From Clostridia bacterium (lineage in GTDB: Bacteria > Bacillota > Clostridia > Christensenellales > UMGS416), in the NCBI GenBank assembly GCA_016938675.1, contig JAFGUF010000023.1:32583-96582 (forward strand): a DNA stretch of 64,000 nt, given 5' to 3'. Numbering within the stretch: position 1 is the first letter of the stretch; each line of letters begins with the position of its first letter. The position numbers were made by a program, and so were the translations under genes. Shown in pieces: positions 1-9,317 of the stretch. The notes beneath the pieces were generated by a model. It worked only from the letters and a program-made list of their open reading frames with translations, did no database searches and was not told the origin of the DNA.

Positions 1-342
1 CTCTTCCCTGCCCAGCTTCTTTTTGCTGGTTTTAAGAATTTCAATTACCAGCTTTTTAATGAAAAATAAATACGTTTCAATTTCTTTTCCAGTTGCGTCA
101 ACACTTATGCCCAATGGCCTGTGACCTTCAAAATCAACAAGTGCATATGTTTTATTGCCCAATTCTGCACAGGGAGCTCCGTTTCTAAAATCTGTGGTAT
201 CGAAATTCTCGTCCGAATCCCCAATAAGCTCTTCTGCGCTGGAAACAATTATCTCCCCTGTTTCATCAAGCAGGCATATTGTCTTTTCGATGCTTTTTGC
301 TGCTTCTATAACAATATCATTTAATTTTCTATCAATATTCAA
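1..342 (-). CDS. hypothetical protein, N-terminal part (gene continues beyond window start); possibly a CdaR/PucR-type sugar-diacid-recognition-like domain
   Basis: The minus-strand frame is open from TTG at 342..340, with GGGAGGAG 8 nt upstream. It is absent from the ORF track because the window edge truncates it. Translation (M)NIDRKLNDIVIEAAKSIEKTICLLDETGEIIVSS...VDFEGHRPLGISVDATGKEIETYLFFIKKLV loosely resembles Diacid_rec domains. Plus-strand ORFs 121..324 and 155..391 look like antisense artefacts. Confidence 0.45.
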   Translation of the reverse strand, partial: MNIDRKLNDIVIEAAKSIEKTICLLDETGEIIVSSAEELIGDSDENFDTTDFRNGAPCAELGNKTYALVDFEGHRPLGISVDATGKEIETYLFFIKKLVIEILKTSKKKLGREE

Positions 343-476
343 CTTTTATGCTCCTCCCAAAAGGAAATATCTCTTTACAGATATAGAATAACATTATTAT
401 ACAACTAATTCAAACAATTATTACTTAATAATCGGTTAAATTTTCAATATTAATGTATAATATTTTATGAATATAG

Positions 477-505
477 TTGACATATACAATAATCTTTGCT
501 ACAAT
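477..505 (+). promoter_or_regulatory. sigma-A type promoter of the his operon
   Basis: TTGACA (477..482), 17-nt spacer, TACAAT (500..505). The leader to the hisZ ATG is only about 35-40 nt. Confidence 0.6.
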
Positions 506-546
506 GATTTATCGTGTTAAAGCATTAAACTAAACGTGAGGATATA

Positions 547-1536
547 ATGAATAAATTTAAAAATATCCCCTACGGGCTGCAGGACTATCTTCCCCTTGAA
601 TACAGCCTGAAGGAGAATATCGAAAATAAAATACTCTCCAGCTTCAAAAATGCCGGATATCAGATGATAGAGACCCCCATCCTGGAGTATATGGATGTAT
701 TCAGCATTAGTGATATCGGCTTTGCCGCAGAAGATATGTTCAAGCTTTCAGACAGCAACGGCTCATTGCTGGTGCTGCGCCCTGATATCACCATGCCGAT
801 TGCCAGAATGGCCGCAACAAAGCTTTCTGATAAAGACTTGCTTAAGCTATGCTACTGCGGAAATGTATTCCATTTGAAGGGTGAAAAAAAAGAAGGCTAC
901 AAGCAAGTGACGCAAATAGGCATTGAGCTGATGGGGGATCAGTCGGCATCAGCGGATGCTGAATGCCTGATACTTGCTATCAATTCCCTTAGGGAAGCCG
1001 GGCTTAATGATTTCCAGATAGAAATCGGACAAACTGACTTTTTTAAAGGCCTTATGATAGAGGCTGGCCTTAATGAATCAGACAGCGAACAAATCAGAAG
1101 ATTTGTAGAAATGAAAGACATGCTTTCAATTGAAATCATGCTTGATGAGAAAAGCGTTGATTTGTCTATAAAGAACGATATTCTGGAGCTGCCGACGCTC
1201 TATGGTGGCATCGAAATACTCGATAGCGCAAAAAAATATTCAAAAAACCCTCTATGCAAGAAAGCAATTGATAATATAGAAAAAGTTCTTTCCATACTAA
1301 AGGAATATCAGCTTCTGGAATATATATCAATCGATTTGTCTATCGTTCAATCAGTACATTATTACACAGGTATAGTATTCAAAGGCATCTGCCCCAATCT
1401 TGGATATCCCCTTTTGACCGGCGGCAGATACGACAACCTGATTAAAAACTACGGCAAGGACATGCCCGCTGTGGGATTTGCAATGACCAGCAAGCACATT
1501 CTGATTGCACTTGAAAGGGAGGGCAAGCTAATATGA
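547..1536 (+). CDS. hisZ: ATP phosphoribosyltransferase regulatory subunit HisZ
   Basis: 329-aa HisRS-like paralogue (GLQDYLP, LRPDITMPIAR) directly upstream of a short-form hisG, with a 4-nt ATGA overlap. Confidence 0.9.
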   Translation: MNKFKNIPYGLQDYLPLEYSLKENIENKILSSFKNAGYQMIETPILEYMDVFSISDIGFAAEDMFKLSDSNGSLLVLRPDITMPIARMAATKLSDKDLLKLCYCGNVFHLKGEKKEGYKQVTQIGIELMGDQSASADAECLILAINSLREAGLNDFQIEIGQTDFFKGLMIEAGLNESDSEQIRRFVEMKDMLSIEIMLDEKSVDLSIKNDILELPTLYGGIEILDSAKKYSKNPLCKKAIDNIEKVLSILKEYQLLEYISIDLSIVQSVHYYTGIVFKGICPNLGYPLLTGGRYDNLIKNYGKDMPAVGFAMTSKHILIALEREGKLI

Positions 1537-2180
1537 AAACATTGAATATTGCTCTTGCCAAGGGCAGGCTGGCGGAGGATTCTATGGAGCTTTTTAAGCA
1601 ATGCGGCATGGACATGTCTTTTGTAAAGGCAAAGAGCAGAAAGCTGATCTTCGCTAACAGCGACAATACGATAACCGTAATTTTAGTTAAGCCCAGTGAT
1701 GTGCCTACCTATGTGGAAAGAGGCGTAGCTGATATAGGTGTGGTAGGCAAGGATACACTTATCGAAAGCAACACCGACCTTTATGAAATGCTAGACCTTG
1801 GCTTTGGCAAATGCAGGCTGTGCGTTGCCTCGCCGAAAAAGGCCGTAGCAAATCCAATAACATGCGTAAACTTAAGGGTAGCAACCAAATACCCCAACAC
1901 TGCAAAGGCGTACTATCAGGCAAAAGGCATAAACATTGATATAATCAAGCTTAACGGCTCTGTTGAGCTTGGACCATTAGTTGGTTTATCTGATGTAATA
2001 GTGGATATTGTTGAGTCCGGAAAGACATTGGTTGAAAACGGCCTTGAAATCACCGATGAGATTTGCAGCATTTCGGCAAGGCTCGTTGTAAACAAAGTAT
2101 CACTGAAAACTAAAGGTGAAATAATACGGCCAATTATTGCAGACATAAGACAGTACCAAGGCGGAAAGGCAGATATATGA
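1533..2180 (+). CDS. hisG: ATP phosphoribosyltransferase, short form
   Basis: 215 aa, LNIALAKGRL...DIGVVGKD...LVDIVESGKTL motifs, operon context. Confidence 0.95.
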   Translation: MKTLNIALAKGRLAEDSMELFKQCGMDMSFVKAKSRKLIFANSDNTITVILVKPSDVPTYVERGVADIGVVGKDTLIESNTDLYEMLDLGFGKCRLCVASPKKAVANPITCVNLRVATKYPNTAKAYYQAKGINIDIIKLNGSVELGPLVGLSDVIVDIVESGKTLVENGLEITDEICSISARLVVNKVSLKTKGEIIRPIIADIRQYQGGKADI

Positions 2181-3463
2181 AAATAATAAACTCAACAGAC
2201 GAAAAGTTGTTAAATACGCTCTTCAGCCGTTCGCAGCTGGACTGCGCGTCGGAAACCGCCTCGGTAATCGATATACTTGAAAACGTACGAAAAAAAGGCG
2301 ACAGTGCGCTATATGAATATACACAGAAATATGACGGCGCTGACCTTAAAAAATGCGGCCTTATGGTAACAGCAGATGAAATTGACAAAGCATATAGCTC
2401 AATTGACAGCAATACGCTTAACGCCCTAAATAAAGCCAAGGAAAATATCACTACTTTCCACCAAATGCAAAAAAGAACCGGATTCAAAATAGACTTCGGT
2501 GATGGATATGTCGGGCAGCGCATTCTGCCCATAGATAGAGCAGGCGTTTATATACCTGGTGGCAGGGCTGCCTATCCTTCATCAGTAATGATGAATGTAA
2601 TACCTGCACAAATAGCTGGTGTTGAGGAAATAATCCTTTGCACACCACCATCAAAGGACGGAAAAGTAAACAATGTTGTGCTTGCAGCAGCAAAAATCCT
2701 CGGCATTGAAAAGATATTTAAGCTAGGCGGCGCGCAGGCTGTTGCCGCAATGGCCTTCGGCACAGAATCAGTGCCGCGAACCGACAAAATAGTCGGACCG
2801 GGAAATATATATGTAGCTCTTGCCAAAAAGCAGGTCTACGGCTACGCCGGCATTGATATGGTGGCAGGCCCAAGTGAAGTGCTGATAATTGCAGATGATA
2901 GCGCAAAGGCGAAATACATAGTTGCCGATCTACTTTCACAGGCAGAGCACGACCCAATGGCATCGGCAATCCTTATTACGACATCTAGAAAGCTGGCAGA
3001 GGCCGTATCGATGCAGGTAGATAAGCAGATAGCAGACCTTACTGAAACTAAGGAGAATGCAATTGAGTCGATAAAAAACTATGGGTTCATTGTGATTGCT
3101 GATGATATAGATGAAGCTATTGAAATTGCCAATAAAATAGCCCCTGAACATCTGGAACTGGCACTATCTGACCACGAAAAATACCTTGACAGTATAAAGA
3201 ATGCAGGCTCTGTATTCCTTGGGCATTATTCACCTGAGCCATTAGGCGACTATTTCGCCGGCCCAAACCACGTGCTTCCAACATCAGGCACTGCGAGATT
3301 TTCATCCCCATTAGGAGTTGATGATTTCATTAAGAGGTCATCTGTGATATATTATAAAAAAGAAAAGCTGGAGACTGTCAGCAAAGATATTGAACTTCTG
3401 GCAAATCTCGAAGGATTGAAGGCACACGCCAGAAGCATAACTATTCGATTCGACGACGAATAA
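2177..3463 (+). CDS. hisD: histidinol dehydrogenase
   Basis: 428 aa with [21 protein letters not shown] and IAPEHLEL motifs. Confidence 0.97.
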   Translation: MKIINSTDEKLLNTLFSRSQLDCASETASVIDILENVRKKGDSALYEYTQKYDGADLKKCGLMVTADEIDKAYSSIDSNTLNALNKAKENITTFHQMQKRTGFKIDFGDGYVGQRILPIDRAGVYIPGGRAAYPSSVMMNVIPAQIAGVEEIILCTPPSKDGKVNNVVLAAAKILGIEKIFKLGGAQAVAAMAFGTESVPRTDKIVGPGNIYVALAKKQVYGYAGIDMVAGPSEVLIIADDSAKAKYIVADLLSQAEHDPMASAILITTSRKLAEAVSMQVDKQIADLTETKENAIESIKNYGFIVIADDIDEAIEIANKIAPEHLELALSDHEKYLDSIKNAGSVFLGHYSPEPLGDYFAGPNHVLPTSGTARFSSPLGVDDFIKRSSVIYYKKEKLETVSKDIELLANLEGLKAHARSITIRFDDE

Positions 3464-3479
3464 AATAATGGAGGCAGCT

Positions 3480-4064
3480 ATGCGCGAATCAAGTATTAAA
3501 AGGAAAACCGCGGAAACAGATATATCCGTATCTGTAAATATTGACGGAAGCGGTCAATATGACATTGAAACCGGCATCGGCTTTTTTGATCACATGCTGT
3601 GCCTATTTGCGAAGCATTCGCTGACGGATATTAATATAGCCTGCAATGGCGACACACAAGTTGACTGCCACCACACCGTGGAAGATGTCGGCATAGCGCT
3701 GGGCGAAGCATTTAAGCAGGCACTTGGAGATAAAAAAGGCATAACAAGATACGGCACGTGCTTTCTTCCAATGGATGAAGCCTTGGTTATGACCAGCCTT
3801 GACATATCCGGGAGGAGCTATCTGGTGTTTGACGGCGATCTCCCCTGCCCTCTGCTTGGAGACTTTGAGACCGAAACCGTCGAGGATTTCTTTCAGGCAT
3901 TCGCTTCCTCCTGCGGCATAACGCTGCACATCAAGCTGATGTACGGCAGAAACACACACCACATAATAGAAGCAATGTTCAAATCATTCGCGAGAGCGAT
4001 TTGCGCAGCAGCTACAATAGACCCAAGAGTTAAGGGCGTGCCCTCCACTAAAGGAACACTATGA
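3480..4064 (+). CDS. hisB: imidazoleglycerol-phosphate dehydratase
   Basis: GIGFFDHML and [14 protein letters not shown] motifs. I prefer the start at 3480 (GGAGG 5 nt upstream); the ORF opens at 3468. Confidence 0.95.
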   Translation: MRESSIKRKTAETDISVSVNIDGSGQYDIETGIGFFDHMLCLFAKHSLTDINIACNGDTQVDCHHTVEDVGIALGEAFKQALGDKKGITRYGTCFLPMDEALVMTSLDISGRSYLVFDGDLPCPLLGDFETETVEDFFQAFASSCGITLHIKLMYGRNTHHIIEAMFKSFARAICAAATIDPRVKGVPSTKGTL

Positions 4065-4663
4065 TAACAATTATTGACTATGGAATGGGGAATCTAAGAA
4101 GTGCTCAGAAAGCATTTGAGTTTCTGGGATTCGAAGCGGAAATAACGGACAATAAAACTGCAATCCTAGCAGCCGAAAAAATAGTACTGCCCGGCGTGGG
4201 CGCCTTTGCCGATGCAATGAGCAACCTGAATTCATCGGGAATCAGCAATGTAATAAAGAAAAAGACAGCTGACGGAACGCCCTTTCTTGGCATATGCCTA
4301 GGCATGCAGCTTGTTTTTGACGTATCATATGAGGGCGGTGAATTTGAAGGACTGGGGCTTATAAAGGGCGAAATAAAAAGATTTGACCTGCCTGCTGAAT
4401 ACAAAGTGCCTCACATTGGCTGGAATAAGCTGAATACGACAGATAATATCCTCTTTTCAGAAATTGACGAAGATATATATACATATTTTGTGCATTCTTA
4501 TCACGCAGTAACACAAGATAAAGATGCAGTAATTGCAACAAGCAATTACGGAACAGAATTTACTGCTGCGGTGAATAAGGATAACATCTTCGCTACTCAA
4601 TTCCACCCGGAAAAGAGCGGAGACAAGGGGCTTAAAATGCTCCGGAATTTCGCGAAAATTTAA
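4061..4663 (+). CDS. hisH: imidazole glycerol phosphate synthase, glutaminase subunit
   Basis: Class I amidotransferase with GICLGMQ and QFHPEKS motifs. 4-nt overlap with hisB. Confidence 0.95.
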   Translation: MITIIDYGMGNLRSAQKAFEFLGFEAEITDNKTAILAAEKIVLPGVGAFADAMSNLNSSGISNVIKKKTADGTPFLGICLGMQLVFDVSYEGGEFEGLGLIKGEIKRFDLPAEYKVPHIGWNKLNTTDNILFSEIDEDIYTYFVHSYHAVTQDKDAVIATSNYGTEFTAAVNKDNIFATQFHPEKSGDKGLKMLRNFAKI

Positions 4664-4676
4664 TCAGGAGAATATC

Positions 4677-5396
4677 ATGAGCTTTACTATATACCCCGCA
4701 ATTGACCTTAAGGACTCAAAAGCAGTGCGCCTCAAGCAAGGTGACATTAATAAATCACAGGTGTTCAGCTTGGATCCCGCTGATACTGCAAAGCAATTCC
4801 AATCATCTGGAGCTGAATGGATACACGTGGTTGACCTTAACGGTGCGTTCGCAGGAGAAACAAGAAACCTTAGCGTAATAAAAAAAATAGTTTCATCAGT
4901 CAGTGTGCCTGTTCAGCTAGGCGGAGGAATACGAAGCATTGAATCTATCAAGCAAATGATTGAAGATATCGGTGTCAGCAGAATTATCCTTGGTACAGCG
5001 GCAATAAACAACCCTAATCTTGTAAAAGAAGCCGTTAATAAATACGGCGACAAAATAGCAGTCGGAATAGACGCAAAAAACGGCATAGCCGCGGCCAACG
5101 GCTGGGCAGAAGCTTCAAAAGTTACTGCTGTTAGCCTTACTAAGCAAATGAAAAATATCGGCATAAAGACAATAATATACACAGACATACAAAGAGACGG
5201 CATGATGAAAGGGCCAAATATCAGCCAGACAAAAAAAATATCTGATATCGGCGAGATTGACGTAATACTATCAGGCGGCGTATCCTGTACGGATGATATA
5301 ATCGCTGCGAAAGAAGCAGGATTTGCAGGAGCTATAACCGGGCGGGCAATATACGAGGGAGTAATAGACTTAAAAGAGGTAATAAAGCTATGCTGA
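4677..5396 (+). CDS. hisA: 1-(5-phosphoribosyl)-5-[(5-phosphoribosylamino)methylideneamino]imidazole-4-carboxamide isomerase
   Basis: IYPAIDLKD...VQLGGGIRS...IYTDIQRDG motifs, AGGAG RBS. Confidence 0.95.
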   Translation: MSFTIYPAIDLKDSKAVRLKQGDINKSQVFSLDPADTAKQFQSSGAEWIHVVDLNGAFAGETRNLSVIKKIVSSVSVPVQLGGGIRSIESIKQMIEDIGVSRIILGTAAINNPNLVKEAVNKYGDKIAVGIDAKNGIAAANGWAEASKVTAVSLTKQMKNIGIKTIIYTDIQRDGMMKGPNISQTKKISDIGEIDVILSGGVSCTDDIIAAKEAGFAGAITGRAIYEGVIDLKEVIKLC

Positions 5397-6148
5397 CAAA
5401 AAGAATAATCCCCTGTCTGGATGTGCATGAAGGCAGGGTTGTAAAAGGAATAAATTTCGTCAATCTGCAGGACGCTGGCGACCCTGTGGAAATTGCAAAA
5501 GCTTACAACAAAGCCGGAGCAGATGAGATAGTATTCCTGGATATAACGGCATCCTCAGATAAAAGAGACATAATGCTTGAGGTGGTTGAAAAAACCGCGG
5601 AGGAAGTGTTTATCCCCCTTACTGTGGGCGGCGGCATAAGAACAGTTGAAGACTTCAGAAGAATACTTCGTGTGGGTGCAGATAAAATATCTATTAACTC
5701 AACTGCTCTTAAAAATCCACAGCTTATCTCGGACGCAGCATGGAAATTCGGCTCTCAGTGTGTGGTTGTGGCAATTGACGCAAAGCAAAACAGCGATGGC
5801 ACATGGAACGCCTATATTGAAGGCGGCAGGAAAGACTTCGGCATTGACGCAGTTAATTGGGCGCAGCAGGCCGAAAAGCTAGGCGCAGGTGAAATACTGC
5901 TGACATCAATGGACTGCGACGGTACGAAGGAAGGCTATGACATTGAGCTGACAAAAGCAGTATCTGAAAGTGTGAATATCCCTGTTATAGCCTCCGGCGG
6001 CGCAGGTAAGCTTGAGCATTTTGCAGATGTATGCATAAAGGGCAAGGCAGACGCAGTGCTGGCAGCATCGTTATTTCATTATAATGAGCTCTCCATAGCT
6101 CAGGTAAAAGAATATATGAAATCCCAGGGTATCCCTGTAAGGGTTTAG
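5390..6148 (+). CDS. hisF: imidazole glycerol phosphate synthase, cyclase subunit
   Basis: RIIPCLDV...[13 protein letters not shown]...TVGGGIR...ASGGAG motifs. Confidence 0.97.
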   Translation: MLTKRIIPCLDVHEGRVVKGINFVNLQDAGDPVEIAKAYNKAGADEIVFLDITASSDKRDIMLEVVEKTAEEVFIPLTVGGGIRTVEDFRRILRVGADKISINSTALKNPQLISDAAWKFGSQCVVVAIDAKQNSDGTWNAYIEGGRKDFGIDAVNWAQQAEKLGAGEILLTSMDCDGTKEGYDIELTKAVSESVNIPVIASGGAGKLEHFADVCIKGKADAVLAASLFHYNELSIAQVKEYMKSQGIPVRV

Positions 6149-6161
6149 AAAGACAAAAATA

Positions 6162-6773
6162 ATGGATTTAAATAATATTAAATATGATAGTGCAGGTTTA
6201 GTGCCTGCTATTGCTCAGGATGTAAACACCGGACAGGTTCTGATGCTAGCATACATGAACGAGGAATCATTGAAAATATCAGTAGATACAGGGTATGCTA
6301 CATACTTTTCACGCAGCAGGCAGGAATTATGGAAGAAGGGCGAAACATCAGGCAACCTGCAAAAGATTGTTTCCATGAAATATGATTGTGACGGAGACAC
6401 CATTCTGCTGCTTGTTGATCAAACAGGGCCAGCATGCCATACGGGAGCATTATCGTGCTTTTTTAATAATTTATATGGCGAAGATATAAATGTTAAATCA
6501 AAGATTCTTGAAGATGTCTATAGCGTAATAAAAGACCGCAGTGAAAACCCGAAAGAAGGATCGTATACAAATTATCTGCTGGATAAGGGAATAGAAAAGA
6601 CCTGCAAAAAGGTCGGCGAAGAGTCATCCGAGATTATAATTGGAGCAATGAAAAAGGATAGAGAAAATGTTATCTATGAAACCAGCGATTTATTATATCA
6701 TGTCAGTGTGCTTTTGTTCCAAAGCGGCATTACATGGGATGAAATATTTACAGAGCTTAAAAAACGCAGATAA
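6162..6773 (+). CDS. hisI: bifunctional phosphoribosyl-AMP cyclohydrolase / phosphoribosyl-ATP pyrophosphatase
   Basis: An N-terminal HisI region ([20 protein letters not shown]) is fused to a C-terminal HisE region ([10 protein letters not shown]...ESSEIII). Confidence 0.95.
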   Translation: MDLNNIKYDSAGLVPAIAQDVNTGQVLMLAYMNEESLKISVDTGYATYFSRSRQELWKKGETSGNLQKIVSMKYDCDGDTILLLVDQTGPACHTGALSCFFNNLYGEDINVKSKILEDVYSVIKDRSENPKEGSYTNYLLDKGIEKTCKKVGEESSEIIIGAMKKDRENVIYETSDLLYHVSVLLFQSGITWDEIFTELKKRR

Positions 6774-6785
6774 ATGTCTGCGTTT
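6762..6785. terminator. shared hairpin between the convergent hisIE and rhodanese genes
   Basis: AAACGCAGA (6762..6770) pairs with TCTGCGTTT (6777..6785), and the hisIE stop codon lies in the loop. The hairpin is followed by a T-run only when read on the minus strand. Confidence 0.55.
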
Positions 6786-6789
6786 ATTG

Positions 6790-7113
6790 CTATATTCTGT
6801 ATACTCTCTTCCATGCTTTTATTCCGCCTAAAAGATTATATAGATATATATAGCCTGAGCGATAAAGCATATCACATGCCGCCGCGCTGCGCGCACCTGT
6901 AGCACAGTAAACAAGGACAGCCTTGTCTCTGCATTGTTCCCTAAGAGTTTCAATGAAGTCTGCAAGTTCATCAAGCGGAATATTAATTGCGTTAAGAATA
7001 TGTTCTTCTTCATATTCTTCCACAGTCCTTACGTCAATCAATATGTGAGGCTCTCTCATCATCCTGCTGAACTCTTCAGGCTCACTATTTTCAAATCCTC
7101 TTTTGTATTCCAT
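6790..7113 (-). CDS. single-domain rhodanese-like sulfurtransferase
   Basis: 107 aa with LIDVRTVEEYEEEHI and an active-site loop CATGARS. Confidence 0.85.
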   Translation of the reverse strand: MEYKRGFENSEPEEFSRMMREPHILIDVRTVEEYEEEHILNAINIPLDELADFIETLREQCRDKAVLVYCATGARSAAACDMLYRSGYIYLYNLLGGIKAWKRVYRI

Positions 7114-7274
7114 GCTCTCTCCACTTTGGTAATTTATAGTTTTCTAACATGCAAATGCTATTTTAACCTTTCAATATTGATGTGTCAATAGGATATTTAT
7201 TGCATTTATGTAATATAAATTATAGATTTATCATGGTTTTTAATTATTTCACTTATATTTTTACTTTTAGTTAG

Positions 7275-7303
7275 TTGACATAATGAAAGTAAAACACTAT
7301 AAT
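7275..7303 (+). promoter_or_regulatory. consensus sigma-A promoter of the arsR-permease operon
   Basis: TTGACA (7275..7280), 17 nt, TATAAT (7298..7303). Confidence 0.7.
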
Positions 7304-7304
7304 A

Positions 7305-7326
7305 CATATGAATAGTTGTTCATACG
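7305..7326 (+). promoter_or_regulatory. candidate ArsR/SmtB operator (inverted repeat)
   Basis: CATATGAA-tagttg-TTCATACG lies immediately downstream of the -10. It has the TGAA...TTCA core seen in SmtB/CzrA-type operators. Confidence 0.55.
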
Positions 7327-7346
7327 TTAATGTTTAGGAGGCAAAT

Positions 7347-7688
7347 ATGAAACGCTGCGACGAAGGTGCCAATCTTAGTACAATTGATTTTGATAAAGCT
7401 GCAGAGCTAATGGAGTTCTTTAAAATGTTCGGCGACAGCAACAGAATAAGGCTGCTTTACATGCTTGTCGACCGGGAAGTCTGCGTGCACCATCTGGCAG
7501 ACCAGCTGGGCATGACTCAGTCGGCTGTTTCTCATCAGCTTCGCCTTTTAAGGCAGCAACGGCTCGTAAAGCATGTTAAGGCCGGCAAAAAAACATACTA
7601 CTCACTAGACGATGAACATATAAAAGAAATATTAAAAATTGGTATGGAACACTTGCACCACGAGGAAGAAATACATACAAGGAGCTGA
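7347..7688 (+). CDS. ArsR/SmtB family metal-responsive transcriptional repressor
   Basis: 113-aa winged HTH (FKMFGDSNRIRLLYML...VCVHHLADQLGMTQSAVSHQLRLL) with a His-rich C-terminus (MEHLHHEEEIH). Confidence 0.9.
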   Translation: MKRCDEGANLSTIDFDKAAELMEFFKMFGDSNRIRLLYMLVDREVCVHHLADQLGMTQSAVSHQLRLLRQQRLVKHVKAGKKTYYSLDDEHIKEILKIGMEHLHHEEEIHTRS

Positions 7689-7689
7689 A

Positions 7690-9018
7690 ATGATCAAATT
7701 TCTTGAAATATTTATTAACCTGTTTGTCGACATGGCCTATTATTTAATGCTCGGAATAACGCTTGTCGGTATTTTTAATCTTTTTGTAAACAGGGATACT
7801 ATAGCAAAGCAGCTTGGCAAAAGCTCATTCTGGTCCAGCGTAAAGGCATGCGCTCTAGGCGTGCCGCTGCCTCTATGTTCATGTGCCGTTGTGCCGACAG
7901 GATTATACCTGAAGGATAAAGGAGCATCAACAGCAACTACGACTGCTTTCCTTATCTCCACTCCGCAGACGGGAGTTGATTCAATAGTTGCCACATACGG
8001 TATGATGGGCCCTCTATTCGCATGGTATAGGCCTGTTGCTGCTTTTGTTTCCGGTGTTCTCGGCGGGTTCGTAGTGGGCTTATTTGATAAAAACCGCAAA
8101 AAAAATAATGCTAGTGCTGTAGAACTACATAACGATGATGAACACCTCCATCTCGATGGTGATTCATGCTCTGCCGACACTTGTACATCAGGTACCTGCG
8201 GTGCGCACAAGGAAATATCAAAGAGTGCGCCTTGGGGAACAAAAATAGTAAATACTATGCGCTACGCATATATTGAAACTGTGGGTGACATTGCGGTTCA
8301 TTTTCTTATAGGCCTTGTAATTGCAACATTGATTACAATGTTCCTGCCGACCGAATTAATAATGCGCGCTAATCTTAATTCGGGTATATTGGCAATGCTT
8401 CTTATGATAGCAATCGGGCTGCCTATGTATATATGCTCCACTTCTTCTATTCCTATAGCGGTGTCATTTATACTCAAGGGCATCAGCCCCGGCGCGGCAT
8501 TCGTGTTTCTTTTCATGGGGCCCTTCACAAACGCTGCCAGCCTATCCATACTGGCGAAAAAATTAGGAAAAAAAGTAGTAGCTCTATATGTTACAGTTAC
8601 TGCCGTTTTCGCAGTATTATTCGGGCTGCTGCTTGATTTTATAATCGCAAGGTTCGGCCTTAATATAAATGTTGCACAGATGGCCAGCCATGCGGCAGAA
8701 GGCATTACGACTTTTCAGGCAATAGTTGCAATAGTGTTTGCAATTCTCTTGCTCTATTCACTAGGAGGAAATTTTATGAACAAATTTAAAGCTGCAAAAG
8801 CAAATAAGAAAACAGACAGCGAAGGTAAAACCTACGACGTATACGGAATGACCTGCAACGGATGCTCATCCAGGCTGCAGGCGCAGTTTTTGAAAAACGA
8901 AAGTATTCAAAACGCTGTAGTCGACCACGAAAACAACAAGGCAACTATCTACGGTGATGTGTCCGACGAAACCGTAAAAACCATTGTAGAAGCTGCAGGC
9001 TTCTCTATGGCCAGATAA
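7690..9018 (+). CDS. predicted permease (DUF318/ArsP-like, SO_0444-type Cu/Zn efflux family) fused to a C-terminal HMA metal-binding domain
   Basis: Multi-TM protein with an LPLCSCAV motif, a His/Cys-rich loop (HNDDEHLHLDGDSCSADTCTSGTCGAH) and a C-terminal YGMTCNGCSSRL ferredoxin-like HMA motif. I moved the start to 7690 (AAGGAG 5 nt upstream). The ORF-track start at 7639 overlaps arsR. Confidence 0.8.
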   Translation: MIKFLEIFINLFVDMAYYLMLGITLVGIFNLFVNRDTIAKQLGKSSFWSSVKACALGVPLPLCSCAVVPTGLYLKDKGASTATTTAFLISTPQTGVDSIVATYGMMGPLFAWYRPVAAFVSGVLGGFVVGLFDKNRKKNNASAVELHNDDEHLHLDGDSCSADTCTSGTCGAHKEISKSAPWGTKIVNTMRYAYIETVGDIAVHFLIGLVIATLITMFLPTELIMRANLNSGILAMLLMIAIGLPMYICSTSSIPIAVSFILKGISPGAAFVFLFMGPFTNAASLSILAKKLGKKVVALYVTVTAVFAVLFGLLLDFIIARFGLNINVAQMASHAAEGITTFQAIVAIVFAILLLYSLGGNFMNKFKAAKANKKTDSEGKTYDVYGMTCNGCSSRLQAQFLKNESIQNAVVDHENNKATIYGDVSDETVKTIVEAAGFSMAR

Positions 9019-9046
9019 AAACTTCTATTCAATCTTTTTCATTTAA

Positions 9047-9083
9047 AATACGCCTTCCCTGCATTTTGCAGGGAAGGCGTATT
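9047..9083. terminator. perfect 17-bp hairpin between convergent genes
   Basis: AATACGCCTTCCCTGCA (9047..9063), loop TTT, TGCAGGGAAGGCGTATT (9067..9083). Only a weak U-tract follows on either strand. Confidence 0.6.
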
Positions 9084-9099
9084 AGCGTTACATATCTAA

Positions 9100-9137
9100 G
9101 ATATGAACTTTTCGGATACACTTTTCGACAGTTATTT
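9100..9137 (+). repeat. 38-bp direct repeat, copy A
   Basis: GATATGAACTTTTCGGATACACTTTTCGACAGTTATTT. It differs from copy B at 3 positions. Confidence 0.85.
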
Positions 9138-9275
9138 TTTTATTTCACAGCAATTTATTTTTGCAGTTAAATAATAGTGGAAAAAATATCGAGAGAAAAG
9201 TGTTGACATTAAAACCATTCTCCATTTAACCATCCTGCAAAATACTGAGACGGCTTCGTAATATTACCTATCATT

Positions 9276-9313
9276 GATATGAATTTTTCGGATACACTTT
9301 TCGGCCGTTATTT
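9276..9313 (+). repeat. 38-bp direct repeat, copy B
   Basis: GATATGAATTTTTCGGATACACTTTTCGGCCGTTATTT. It ends 4 nt from the stop codon of the M32 carboxypeptidase gene. Confidence 0.85.
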
Positions 9314-9317
9314 ACAA

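Noticed and set aside
121-391. Plus-strand ORFs 121..324 and 155..391 from the ORF track
   Set aside because: They have no RBS, an odd Cys/Phe-rich composition, and overlap each other. The minus strand carries a better-supported frame with GGGAGGAG and a TTG start that runs to the window edge.
392-546. Possible T-box or histidine attenuator upstream of hisZ
   Set aside because: A good promoter at 477..505 leaves a leader of only about 40 nt. I saw no specifier or T-box sequence, no terminator/antiterminator pair and no His-codon-rich leader peptide.
4913-5428. 171-aa minus-strand ORF antisense to hisA
   Set aside because: It lies entirely inside a confidently identified gene, has a low-complexity hydrophobic translation and no RBS. 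This is a typical shadow ORF. The same reasoning applies to 19396..19875, 22408..23010, 23660..24238, 54453..54974 and 61188..61565.
7639-7689. N-terminal extension of the permease ORF overlapping arsR
   Set aside because: The ATG at 7690 has AAGGAG 5 nt upstream and sits directly after the arsR stop. The extension would be translated from within arsR and has no RBS.
9103-9174. Short ORFs starting at the ATG inside each 38-bp repeat (MNFSDTLF...)
   Set aside because: Neither has a Shine-Dalgarno sequence. The two frames diverge immediately after the repeat, and the second runs antisense into the carboxypeptidase gene. The repeat is more likely non-coding.
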